A DNA stretch of 64,000 bases from Callorhinchus milii. Lineage: Eukaryota. Made by a program: the position numbers and the translations under genes. The stretch covers positions 65,536,001 through 65,600,000 of the forward strand of contig NW_024704743.1 in NCBI RefSeq assembly GCF_018977255.1, in the 5' to 3' direction. Under the pieces are notes generated by a model. That model did no database searches, was not told the origin of the DNA, and saw only the letters and a list, made by a program, of their open reading frames with translations. Shown one piece after another: positions 36,737 to 49,759 of the stretch (position 1 is the stretch's first letter; each line of letters begins with the position of its first letter).

Positions 36737-38977
36737 GTAAGAGATATTAAGACGTCACTCTGTCTGTGCATGTCATGGTAAGCGTTAACATTGTAATTAG
36801 TTTTACAGTTTGTGGTGAGTTCTCCAGTTCAGATTACAGGTCTCATTACGAATACACTGAGAACTCATAGGTGGCGTAAAAAGCATCGCCACAGGCAGTT
36901 TTCAGGCAGAGGTTTGGGAGGTACATGTCGACATTAGTTTAAAGTGCCTCTCAGTGCTTGTCCTCTGTTAAAGCATTCTCAGCAGTGTTCAGAATGTGTT
37001 GAAGGTATCAATTTTCATGCTGGAAGGAGCAGAAAGCTTATATTTCCGGCTGGTTTGTATTTTGTTTTCTGTTAAAAAGAGCTGGCAGTTTCTGGGAAGT
37101 TTTACACCAATGTAGGTAGATTTATGTTTGTTGAAAAAAATTGTGCCAATAAAGTGAAGGAGACAACTCATACATTGAAATCAGCGATGGGTCATTTGTA
37201 ATCTTATGTTTTCAACCATTAAATGCACAACAGCAATGACTTGCTTTGTTATCCTGTAACACCATTTCTCAAAGCAAATGTCCCAAAATACTTAAGAAAA
37301 GCACAGTGAACGCAGGATCAGAAATGTAAGATTATTTCAGTAAAGTTTTTGTTTGACAAAACATTTCACTGATGGCTTCCACACATTATTGTTCTAAATT
37401 TACTCCCAATGTCATTGAATGGCATGATTCTGAGAAACATTCAGAACTTGCTCATATTAAATCTTGAAACATCTGTACTTTCTCAGATTAAATCTCGCTG
37501 TCACATCAAGGACTATCTAATAATAGGCAAGATGAGATTTGCCATTATTGTCTTTCTGTTTCAGCTAGGATCCCTGATTTGGAGAATTTTCTAATTCTAT
37601 AACGTTGTAACGAAAATTAGTTAATATCACTAATTACTTTAAATAAGCAAGTCGTTGCTGTTGTGTATTTGATGGCTGTAAACATAAGGTTACAAATGGC
37701 CCATATTCTGCTCTGTGTATTGTATATGTTCTGTTTGAATGCGCTGGATGTCCTCTTGATGTCAAACACGTTATACAAATGTAATTTGTGTTGTTGTTGT
37801 TGCTTGTCTGTCTGTGGAGTGTCTGTCTGCCTGCCTTTCTGTCTGTGGTGTGTCTGTTTATGCTGCATCTGAGTGCGTGTCTGTGTTGAATCTCTATCTC
37901 GGTTGTCCCTGCCGGTTGAGTACTCAGTTCCTTTGTGTCCATGAATTCTTTAATCCTTGCTGGTTTTCCCGATGTCATCACTCACTACTTAAACAAAAAC
38001 AATTTAGATGTTCAAATTGAGATAGGCTCAATTTAATTCTGTTCATCTACTTTGTTTTTCATGTGAACTTGGTATAAGGTAAATCTGTTGCTATTTGTTC
38101 AACATTGTACACTGGGATTGAATATCTGATCCAGGATATAACATCATTGTTAGGCAACGAGGACATTAAAATAGCTGTATGCATTAAAAATTATTTGTAA
38201 ATGTTATATAGTGCCTTTCACGTCGAGAGGACTTATTAAAGTGTTCCTGGCTGGCCAACCAAGCTGGTGGGGTGGAAGCTGAAAGAAAAATGTCTTAATT
38301 TGGTTTGTGTTTCTTTCTTGTGGGAAACTAACTTTTAAATAGAGTTAGTTTCCCACATTGGAACAATTGGAAGTTTCTTTCTCAACCACATGCAGAGGCA
38401 TGTGGTGTGAGATGAGAACTGTGCCAGAAGAGAGTGAGTGGTTTTATTTTAGTACTGAATTTTATGGATCACTCGATTGCAACATTCCTTGATTTATACT
38501 TACTGCTGATTGTACATTGTTGGGCGGTTACGCTGCCACTTGGGGTATGGTTACACATCCAACAATTGCAGAGATCTTTTGATTTATTGAATTAACAAGC
38601 TATGGTGGGAAGAAGATAGGATCGGTAATCCGGAAAGATTTAATCGAATGGGTTGAACACCTTCTTTATCTGAACCTCGATCTCAATCTAAAGCTTGGTA
38701 TATTTGCTTATACAAATACACAGTCACTACACTTCACAGTGAACATCCTGTGAAGCACTTTGAACCTTTTCTTTTCAATGTGCTCAATGCTACATCAAAT
38801 GCAAAGATTATTATCATTAAACTCAGAGGCAGGGGCAGTGTTTGCAAGTGCTTGGAGGCCAAGACAAGCCAGCTCAAGATGGAGTGGCCTCTAAATAGCA
38901 TGAAATAATACAGTAAACAGAGTTCTGAACAAAAACAGGATACATTATACATACATTTTATTTCCAGACTTGAGTAA

Positions 38978-39195
38978 TTAGAATCATAGAAATTTACAGC
39001 ACAGCAGTAGGCCATTTAGCCCATTAATTCTGCACTAGCTCTCAGAGCGAGTTGTCAAATCATTCCTACCATTGTGCCCTATCTCCATACCCCTTCAACT
39101 TCCTTGTGCGTACACTTCCCCTTGGTACTTACAATGGACACTGCCTCCACATGTGACATTCCACATCTGAACAACTCTGTGTGAAAACAGTTTCG
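38978..39195 (-). mobile_element. CR1 3' end
   Basis: tagaatcatagaaatttacagcacag...ggccatttagccc; caactctgtgtgaaaa. Confidence 0.75.
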
Positions 39196-40140
39196 CAAGC
39201 CTAGTTATGGGGGCCACAGTTTAAAAGTCCGGCTAACCTTTCAGAATGCTTAACTTTCTTGATTTATTATTGTTTCCTATAATAGTTTGAGTGTATTTTC
39301 AATATTCTTGAATCACCTCTATGGTATTGCAGTGGAGCGTATTTTATCCACTGTCTTTGAGGAGGAGGAAAGTCCCCTCTGTTACAGTGGGGAGTCGTAC
39401 TTCCACTTTATTGGAATCTGACTGTTACATCAGAATCACCAAAGCACTAATCTGTGTTTTTCTTTTATACTGTAAAAATAGCAAACCTTCTGCTTGATGC
39501 GGTGTGCCTTGTGTCCTGCACAAACAATCCATGTGCAGCGTATTTGCTCTATAACTGGAGCCTCACTCAGTCATGGGGCACGGAACTTTCTAAATGAAAG
39601 CAGCTGGTTGGAAACATAACCTTACTCTATTCGCCCACTGTCAAATCATATTCTCCTGCTTTTGATATTATGCTCCATTTTCTTTGCTGTCCTGTGCCGG
39701 AGTACATATGTGAGGAATTTTACAGTTGTGAGTTATGAAAGTTTTTGGACATGAATAATAGTCTGTCCGATTCCAGTGTGCTGTTCACTGGTCAGGATCA
39801 GGAAACTGGAAGCAATGTGAATTAAGACTCCAGCCGTTTTTTCTCTTGGGTATGAAATCTTACCAAGTGAGATTTTTAAAAAACATGAAATGTAGACATT
39901 TTTTTCCAAATTGACTGAATGCGGCAGATGTGTCTGAGAATGATTTCCCCGACACCAATCTCCGTCTGTGAAGCTGGGTTACATGTTCAGTTGTGGCTAA
40001 TGACTTTGGCCTGCTGGCTAGCAAGCCTGTGCTTTTGTTCTTGAGTGTAAAACCTGTGATTCCGTTAACTGCCAGTCGAGAGATTTGATCTTCAAGCTGG
40101 ATTTCAAAAAAACATGAGCTGGCATTAGACACTGCTTATG

Positions 40141-40525
40141 ATAATAATAATAATAATAATAATCCTTGCTTGATATAGTGTGTTATCTCAAAGTGCTTCA
40201 CAGGATATACTGTAAAGTGGATTGACCGTTTATTTTGTGGGCGAACATGGGATCCAATTTGCACACAGCAATGTCCCACAAACTCACTCAAACTTGCATT
40301 TATATAGTGCCCTTTACATCGTACTTACAAGGATCCTAGGTTTTAAATCTCAGCCTTTAAAAAACGTCTAATTCGAAAGACGGCATCTCAGACAATGAAA
40401 CGCATCCACAGCACTATATTGGAATGTCAAACTCGAACGTGAGTTCAAAGTCCCCCTGCGGAGCTTAAATCAACCAACTTCTGACCTATGTGAGATTACT
40501 ACCAATTGAGCCAGGCTGTCACCAA
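40141..40525 (-). mobile_element. SINE tail plus DeuSINE 5' half
   Basis: (TAA)n ccttgc...aatgtcccacaaac; gaaagacggcatctcagacaatg; taccaattgagccaggctgtcac. Confidence 0.75.
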
Positions 40526-40791
40526 AAAAGTGAAGCATACTAAATCCAATTGCAGCTCCACAGAGCTTGTGAGAAGTAGTGTGAGGAATGTTACATTTAT
40601 TAACAGTTTGGGCAATGTTTTTTTTGTCTGAGGAGGGTGCATGAGAATTTGGCAATTATGAGTTTTCTATGAGATTACCGCATGCTTCAAAGCTTTTTTG
40701 AACTGCTATGTCAAAATATCAACAATATCAAAACAAATTGGTAAAAGATTGTCACTGCGGTTGGTTTATTGATGTCTTTTGTTTTCTACAG

Positions 40792-40842
40792 GTGTTCAAT
40801 CTTTCTGAACGCCGGTATGATCTTGCCAAGCTGAACGCCAAG
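40792..40842 (+). CDS. TNS3: TNS3 exon VFNLSERRYDLAKLNAK
   Basis: ttttctacag| 51 nt |gtacac; NLSERRYD motif of the PTEN/tensin family. Confidence 0.95.
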
Positions 40843-41449
40843 GTACACAGTTATTTCTGTTAAAAGTGACTCCAGTATCTCTTATCTTTCAAGGTGCCAA
40901 CATTCTCATTTCAAGCTTGATATGTTATTTGACTGACTACTCCTGGACCCCATTTGCTAATTAACACACTGATTGATGTCCTAACTCTGACTGATGTGCC
41001 TTTTTCTGTGTTTTTTATATTTAAAACATTTAGGATGTTCCAATTTCTTTCCAATTTTCCCCCCATTGGCATATGCCACTCTGGTTGCAGTTCCATGAGG
41101 GCTGGTTGCTCTTGTTGGCTCCCACTCCTCTTGAATCCAACTCCCAGCTTGGGTGCAAACCCTTAACTGTCCAGCACCTTGAGACATCGTCCTGACATGA
41201 ATGGCATGATATAAATGTAAGTTGTTGTTGTCAACTCGCCCAAATAGCCATTGATCTTGTGTGAGCCTTGGTAATGAGTGTCAGTAGGCCACTCAGCTGC
41301 AGAGGGCATCAGAGCAGAATTTCCCACTCCTCCCCTGGCTGTGACCCATGAACAACCAAGTTGAGGGTGTTGTAGAGGGATAGAGAGCAGGAACCATGGC
41401 GGTTCTTGCCCCTTCATAACCCTGGGATGGCCATGGGCAATTTAGCTGC

Positions 41450-42818
41450 CCATGCATCCTGTTTGATGTTGTAGTTTGCTCTTCCTGTTCCTTCTCCTGT
41501 GGGTCCTGATCCTCAGTGTCCCTGGTCCCTGGCATAAACTCCTCCACCAGCCCTCATTCAAATCCTTAGTGGAGGGCAAATTACTGTTGATGGCTGCTCA
41601 GCAGTGAGGATAGGGGTATCCAGTGACAGGCACTGACTGGCCTGAGACAACTACTGGGCAAGTGGCACATCACCATTGGGATCCTCCTATATAGGCTCAT
41701 CCATACTAAAGCCTGCTTTGGCAAAACACTTCTGCACTGTTGATCTATACACCATGTTGACTGATGAATGAATCCAGGTGACTGCATGAAGAACATTGAT
41801 GGATTTGGCGACTTGTGAAGCCTGCACACCTTTGGCCAGCTTCCAGGAACCATGTGTAGAAGACTCCTCCTGTAGTGCATCTTGACGTTCTTGATGATGC
41901 CCTGGTGGTGGAATGGATGTGGTGTTAGCTGGGAAATCACTAACTTGACATTGGTTAGAGTAGAAATGCTGTGAGGGTGAGCTGGGGCACTGTCCAGAAG
42001 CAGCAGCACATGACTGCACTCTGCCCACATCTTTCTATTGAAGGCCTGAAGCCACTCTGTAAAAATGGCATTGATCATCCATGCCGCTTTGTTGCTGTAC
42101 CATTTGACGGGAAGCGGAATCTTGATGTTCAAATTTGTAAAGGCATGGACCTTGGCAGCCTTCCCTATCACAACTGTTGTGCATTCAAAACCTTCCTTCC
42201 ATGTTGACTGTCAAAGACATGGTGATGTGGTGTTTGGATTTTTTCCTATTAGTGCAACCATCACCACAAACTGAAAGTCTCCTGTCAGGGAGAACCCTGA
42301 AAACAACCAGATTCATCCATGTTAAAGATGCCCTTGGGTGCGTAGCCAGCTGTAATCTAGGTCAGTTTCTCCTTCCAGTTGTCAACAACAGCAGACTCAA
42401 CATCACGCTTTTCACCAGACACGATTCTAGACCCAATGTTGTGTCTTGACTTGAAACAGCCATGCCAGTCATTTGATGCCTTGAAGCCAGTCTGGCCAAG
42501 TGAAACTGCAAAGCTGAGTGCTTTCTCCTGTATCTTAGGGCCGGCCAGACACAAGCATGTTGAGACCAGGGGCTCGCTGGAACCACTCCCATGTCAGTTT
42601 ATCAATGTCCTCATACTGAGAGTATAAACACGCACATTTTCCATCAGGCTGTTGATTTTCTTCAAAGGCTGTCATGTATTCAGCCTACCTTTTGAGAATG
42701 CATCCAACTTGTGTGCTGCCAATACCATAGATCACAGTTAACTGTCTATGACTTTTGCCCTCACTGTTTTTGATTAAGTCACTCTCTCACATAATAACAA
42801 CTCCTTTTGTGGTGGCAT
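41450..42818 (-). mobile_element. Decayed pogo/Tigger (TIGD-like) DNA transposase with HTH-psq, CENP-B HTH and DDE_1 regions
   Basis: ATG at 42818. Fragments KSHRQLTVIYGIGSTQV, IQEKALSFA...FKASNDWHGCFKSRHNI, FNMDESG, WYSNKAAWM...VLLLLDSAPAH, FPANTTS and QGIIKNVKMHYRR, with several frameshifts and stops. Confidence 0.92.
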
Positions 42819-44257
42819 GTTTACAGCATTTACCAAGAATTGGCCGCAGGAGCTCAGGTTAGGCTGCGGGTGTCAGTCGACTTTCCCCTTGAACCGGTTC
42901 CGCGATCCCAACACTCCAACATTTAAGCTGTTGAGCTCTGGCCCTCTCTGCAGTTGAGAGTTCCCAATTCAGGTCACCAGGTAGGGAGTATTGCACAGGA
43001 CCAACTCTTGACTGCAGACCTGCTGTAGACAGGGAGGGTTGAACTCAGAGTGTTTCATTTGTTCAAGTGTTGGCTGGCCCATCGTGGAGCAAATATAAAT
43101 AATGACATCTCACAGAAAAGAAACATATCAAATAGTCATGGGAACTTTCGAAACGGAAAAAGCCAAACTCTTTTTGATTGATCTCAATCTCACCTTTTTG
43201 CCACATCCTGCTATTACCTCTTTTACTCTCCAGAGATGCACTGTATCTGGATCTCTCTTGAATCCAACTATGCCATTAACATCAGTGGTGTTGCTGATAA
43301 CTTATTCCATATGTCTATTGCTATTTGTGTAAATGCTTCTCTCTTCATTCCCTATTTACTCCTAATTTCCTGTTTTTTCAATGATTTTATCCTTTTTTTG
43401 AGCCCAGCATCGGTGTGACCAATTTGTTCAGATCAGCTTTTATAATTTAGAAATCTTATATAAGGTTACTGCAAAGTTTCGTTTTCAAAGAGAACAAGCC
43501 CAACTTCCTTAACCTTTTCCCCAAATTTAGCTAGTCTCATTATTCAACTACTTTTTTTTCACATTTTAACTGCTAAGAATTTCAGAGATTTCCATAGTTG
43601 TAGATGGCTGATCAGCTAGTTGGTTAAAACCATATGTTTTTGGAATTTCAATTACTCTCGTTGGGAATTCATAGCCATTCTTTTCCAATTGTAGAGGAAA
43701 GCAGTCACTTAACCTCCCCCACAAGTGGGACTGTGAGTCAAATAACCCCTTCCTGCTCAAATTGGGCCAAAACAGCTGTGAGCTCCTATTGAAAATGGCA
43801 AGAATAATAGAAGCTTCTAGCTGTGAAATGGTTAAGAGAAAGAGAAATGGGCATTTACTTTGTGATTTATTTGTGAAACTTTAACAAAGCACTTCTTGTA
43901 AATCTACAGAATTTGCAATCAAGTACAGTCTGGTAATAGCATTCTTTATTAGACTGGCCAACAAATCATAGAGGATTCTGGCTGATAAGGACTGTTTAAA
44001 TGCTATGTCAATATAATGGGACATGCTCCAAGGTTACATGAATATTTGCAATATTGGCAGCATTTCTTTGAATGGCATTTCTCAACATTTTATTTGCTGG
44101 ATAGATTTGAATTTTTATTTAATTTATGTTTGTAATCTGATTATGAGCTTTAGATAGGAGCTGTACTTCTCATGCCTGATGCACAGTGAGTGTAGTGGCA
44201 CTGCCTCAAAAGTCTATTGTAGTCCCTGCAAAACCTAAGTTGTGCCTTTTGTTTCAG

Positions 44258-44380
44258 GTGATGGATGTGGGTTGGCCAGACCTTCACGCACCACCTCTGG
44301 ATAAGATGTGTACCATATGCAAGTCAATGGAGACATGGTTGAACAATGACCCACTGCATGTGGTGGTCATACATTGCAGA
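44258..44380 (+). CDS. TNS3: TNS3 exon [41 protein letters not shown] (WPD loop, start of P-loop)
   Basis: tttcag| 123 nt |gtaagt; also visible inside ORF 44186..44431. Confidence 0.97.
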
Positions 44381-45134
44381 GTAAGTGCGTTATGCTGTCC
44401 TCTTTTTATATATAAAAAAACAATTAGTTGATAAGATGTAAATTGCCATTGTCTCTTAACAAAACAGGTCAGAGAATGTGCCGCATGCTACCTAAATTGC
44501 AAGTAACAACACAGTGATAAAACTGGCTTCTGCAGGTAATTGGAAGGGGTCATATTGATCCGTAAGAACTCTGCTCTGACACACCACAGGGAGAGATGGT
44601 ATTGGAGTGGCGTTCCCATGGGCTGCTAGGCGATGTATCTGGTTACCCGCAGGAATCAGTATTTGTGACTCTGTCAGAATGACCTTCAAGCCTTTCAGAA
44701 TGCAGATTTTTTCCAACATGTGGTGCTGGGGAAATACGAATTGTTTTTAAAGTCTCTAAATCATCAGTTGTGCATGGGGGGTGGCTGACTGCAGGAATGG
44801 TAAAAATTCCTGCTGGTTTAGTAGTACTTGTCAGAATAAAGTATTTTAGTGTACGGGGTAGAAATTCGTCATCGTCGACATACTCCACATAGACATACAC
44901 ACACACACACCACAGGACGAGCTTCTAACCAGTACCGAGTAAGGATCATTAGGCAACCATATAAAGGACATCCTCACCTCAAGATGATTTTGACACTATT
45001 CTCAGTGCAGACCCCACATAACACACATTTTTTTTATCCCTCTACCTCCCTATTCCCTTTGTGATGATTATACAGCAGAATGATTAATTCAATTCTCCTG
45101 CCAACATATTGGATATACCACAGTATTTACGTGG

Positions 45135-45850
45135 GTCATCAGTCATCACTTCTACCCTAAAAACAACTGTCATCACCCCATCCTCAAAAAACCTTCCCTG
45201 GACCCATCCCTACTCTCCAGCTATTACCCCATCTCCAACCTCCGATTCTTTTCCAAGACCCTGGAACAAGTCGTCACGTCCCTGCTTCGTTCTTTCCTCT
45301 TCCGCCATTCCCTCTTTGGAACCCTCCTATCGGGTTTCCATGCTGCCCACAGCACGGAAACAGCCCCGGTCAAAGTCACCAATGACTATCTAAACATCTG
45401 TGATCAGGGCTCCCTCGCCCGACTTCACTGGCTTCCCATCACGCAGTTCAAGATCCTGGTGCTCACTTTCAAAGCCCTCCATGACCTTGCTTCTCCCTAT
45501 CTTTGTGACCTCCTAAGCCCCTACCAATCTGCCCACTCCCTCCGCTCAGTGGACTCCAGCCTGTTTCACGTCCCCTGCCTCGCCCGCTCAAGCATTGGTG
45601 GGCGGGCCTTCAGCCATCTGCACCCACCCTCTGAAACTCCATCCCGCAATCCCTCCACTTCGCCTCCTCCATTGCCTCCTTCAAGACCCATCTGAAGACC
45701 CTCCTCTTTGACTGTGCCTTCGGTCACCTTCCTTCCCCCCCTGCCTTGCACCCTCCCTGATTCCGACTCCCAGCTCGGGTCTGAAACACTAATTGTCCAG
45801 TGCCTTGGGACGTCCTCCTAACGTGTATGCAAATGTGATTTTGTTTATTT
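45135..45850 (+). mobile_element. L2 fragment with a large internal deletion
   Basis: The KTTVITP / cacagcacggaaacagcc region is joined near 45415 directly to cactggcttcccatc and the ORF2 end. Confidence 0.85.
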
Positions 45851-48800
45851 GTACACAGCGGGTCAGGGTGGGGATGGAGGAGGAGAACAGTTGAGGTGCT
45901 AAGCTCAGCTGTAAATTCAGTGATACGATTTTAAACACAGAGGAAGTGTGTGATGTGATAATTAACCTGATATCCCAAACAAGAGTCACTCAAATCTCGT
46001 ACTCGAGTACATTTTCTGATTGTAGTAACAGTGAAGGTGGTCAAAGCCACCGGCCCACTTCACATCTAACCTTGTTGCTGAAGTTGGGGGTTTGGGGGTG
46101 GGGGGAGGGAGGGGGGCAAGGGGAAATGCTTCACATTCAAGCCAGTAGGGAACTAAATACTATTTCACAATTTTCAGTGAGGTGCTAACCATTACATCGC
46201 ATACTGCATTTTCACCTGGCCCCCAAAAAGACTTGTGTTACAAAATTGTAACTTGGCAAGTAAATAGTAATAATCATTGTTAATGAAGAAAAAACTCCTC
46301 TGCCAAATGTTGAAAGCCCTGCGCTACTGGATTGCGTGGAAGTCCGTTTGGCAACTTTTATTTACCACCAGAGCAACGTAACTGGTGCTCCTTTACACAC
46401 AATGCATTTTGAGAACCTGTATGTCTGCCACAAAACTTTGCAAAGAATGTTGGCTCATTATAAAATGGATATTATTTATTAACTAGATAAAAATCTTTTA
46501 TTATGCATTTTATTATATTGTACTTATCCCTCAAGAGCTTGATAGCGCAGCTGCAGAGCATAATGTAAGTGCACTGATGTGGTCACAGTATATGGCTCTG
46601 AACATTTGGCAGAGTGTTTTGTTTGTCCACAACAATGGGAATTAAAAGCTTTCTAAGTCGGGTAAAACGACCCATCAAATAAAGGTCAAGATGCTCTTAT
46701 TTGTGAGCTTCACTATATTCACACAAAGGATGTTTTATCTTAAATTCTACCTCTTGTGTCTGTTTGTTTAGTAGCAGTGGTCACTATTTTTGACACACCA
46801 GTTTTCGTTGACATTGTTCGGGACATGCCCATTGTCAGAAAGGGGGAAACACTGTGCAAGGGCAGAACCAAGGGCACAACAAATGTCTCGGTCTTATATT
46901 TCCGTCGATAATGAAATGTGTAAACTTTTCTCGGAATAACCCTATGAGAAGCGATATGATTCTTCCCTATCCTCACTGTTAAACACCATAGCCACACACT
47001 GTTCCTTCAGTTATTTTTTTCTTTCCTCCCTGCCATTCACTTTCTTGGGGAAAATGTTCCTTATGCCCTTAGTTGCTTGCAGAGCTGGTATGTCCATTCT
47101 ACCACAGCATTCTCTCCCCCACCGCCCCACATCTCTCTCCATGTTATCCTTAAGTCAAATCAAGCTTCAAGTCTCTGTGATGGTGGAGCACTGATACCAG
47201 AGGTCTTTCCTGTTTCCTGTTAAAACTGTCTTCTTGTCAAATTCTTATGAAAAAGCATGATTTAATGACCTGTAATTATCCCCTGCAGTTGAGCTCAACT
47301 AGGATACTGACACCCACATTTTTGTAGCACTGCTGTGCCTAAATTGTTAGTGATCAGCAGAGCTGGTTGAAATGTTCACTGTCTCAATTTAAACATTTAA
47401 TTCAAAAAAGAATGTTTTTCCAGCATTTTGGGAGAGTCATTCCTTTGCCTATTTGATGGAGGGATTAAAAATTTGTAACGTGATTCACTGACAGCGACTC
47501 AACAGCAACAACTGCAACTATTTGCATTAACATAGCGCCCGTCACATACTATAACATGAGGTAAGCTTTAGTTAGGTAAGTGGAGAGGGTGAGCAGTTTG
47601 GAGTATGAGAGGATCAGAGAGATAGGGATGTGCTATGGCATGAAGGGACTCAATTTCAAGGATAGGCTAAAGAAGCTGTTTAGCACTGAAGGTCCTGGGG
47701 AGCCCAAACCCTAATGAGATGGTTTGCATGGCCAAACAAGAGAATAGTTGAACTCAATCTAGGCTGACACTAGTACAGTGTTGGAGGAGTGCCGCATTGG
47801 TGCGGTTGTCATTCAGATGCCATCATTCACTCGCCAAGACTATAAAGACGTGATAAGTGAGTGTATGAGGATCTCGGCAGCCTGAGGGAAGAGCTTGTGG
47901 TGGAGACAGGCAATGTTTTAGAGATGGGGAAAAGCTGAGTAGATCAGAGCAGGGATATGGGGTTTAATTGTCTGTCAATTTTTACGCGGAGGAAAATGGT
48001 GTTTTTAATTCACCTATTCAACCTCTGCACATGTACTGCAGTCATGGTATTTTGGATGCAGAGCCTTTCAGTGATCTTTTTGAATTGCAGTGCCTAATGT
48101 TTGGACGGAAATCAAACTGAGTGGCGCAATCACTAACGGGCAAATTAAATGTGATTCTGACATTGCTATCAAATAATCAAGGCACATTGAATGCAAAACC
48201 GTTTATTGATTGTGCATGCAAGGAACAAATATTGTACTGATAGATCAGGCTATCTTGGAATGTCAGACTGTCGTATTGTAATCATTATTGCTATAATTAA
48301 CTTTTACAAGAGAACATGTATAGTATAAATCTATTCAACTGGAACGCCATTGGCAGTTTGCCATACATTCCCACATATCCCTGTTTGTAATATGTCACAC
48401 CTGGTAGAAACCAAATTGTCTATACTTGCCTTTTCTTGACCACAAATTTGATGCCTGCAATATTTTTAGTTTTAATATTACAGAAATTAATCTGGACTAG
48501 GAGCTTTCTTTCTCTTGTTCTCCCTCCTTCACAATTAGTTTTCAAACGTTGTGCGCTTGAACTGCTCGTGTTTCAGCCCAGGGAAACCACAAAATGAATT
48601 TGGGAAGCATTTCAATCTTAATAAAAGGCATGACTAATTTCTCAAAATTAAAATAAAGTGCCGCGGTTAAACCAGAATTTCTAGAAATGGGAAATAAATA
48701 AAAAGAGAGCCTTTACAATGTAGGATGTGGGATAGTCCAAATTTATATAGAAACTTCAAAAAAAACCTTCATGGCAAGTTAGCCCCCAATTCAGCCTGGT

Positions 48801-48934
48801 CCTGCCCGCCTTCTACCTCTGGCTCAGTCAGATATATTGATAACAATTAGCTCGCAATCAAATATTAGCTGGGATTCAGATTCAGACCACAAATGAGTGG
48901 CAATGTAGGAATTCACAGGATTGGAAATGTCTAT

Positions 48935-49178
48935 TTCAGCCATTCTGCCTCCTGCTCTCTGGAACTCCATCCAGGAGTCCTCCCCACTTGTCTCCCTCAC
49001 CTCATTGAAGGTCCGTTTCAAGATGTACTTCTTTGACCGCGCTTTTGGTCATCTTTCCCCTCCCCACCCTCCTTAGCTCCCACCCCCAGCTCAGTTGTGC
49101 AGCCAGTAGTGTGCGAGTGCTTTGAGACATCCTCCTGATGTGAAAAGCGTAATTTAAATATAATTTTGTATTGTATTA
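48935..49178 (+). mobile_element. L2 3' end
   Basis: ctctctggaactccatccc...ttctttgaccgcgcttttggtca followed by the tail. Confidence 0.8.
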
Positions 49179-49759
49179 TGCTCCATGAGCCCAGCTGTCC
49201 ATTTCATTCCCTTTGTGGTACTCTCTGCAGTGTCAGGATATCCCTAATGTAATACGATGCCCAGAATTGTTCACCATGCTCCAGGTGGATGTTGTTGGGT
49301 GGACATAGTGCATTAGCCTACCCACTTACAAATCATGGCCCTTATAGATTTGCAGCAGCACAGCGTGGGGCAGCTGGCCGCCTGCAGACTGCATCCGGCC
49401 CGAGATCATTTCCAACATTGCAACCCGCTCCCTCTCTCCCTGTTGAATGTCCTCCCAGGGCAGCGTAAGGAGCCGGAGGTTGGGAGGACACAGCTCACAG
49501 AGCCTTTACTGCAGTCTGTCAGGATGGCAAGAGCGTCTCTTACCATCCGTGTCCTTAGCAACCAACTGCCAGCTCCTGCTGCTGCAGGCAGTGATGCCTG
49601 TTGGACTACCCGGTCTTAGGCTATGTGATTCCAAGTCCTGACATGAGATTTGAACCCACAACATTCTGACTTGGAGGCAAGAGTGCTACCACTGTGCTAG
49701 GCCGACACACCTAAACTTAACAGTTTAACTTGTTGGATTTTCTCAAATCCAAAGTCTAG

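Noticed and set aside
41581..42171. 196-aa ORF as a domesticated TIGD gene
   Set aside because: Multiple frameshifts and stops across the transposase.
49330..49620. GC-rich stretch with a 94-aa ORF
   Set aside because: No recognisable domain or splice signals, and it lies among repeats. Probably an unidentified transposon fragment.
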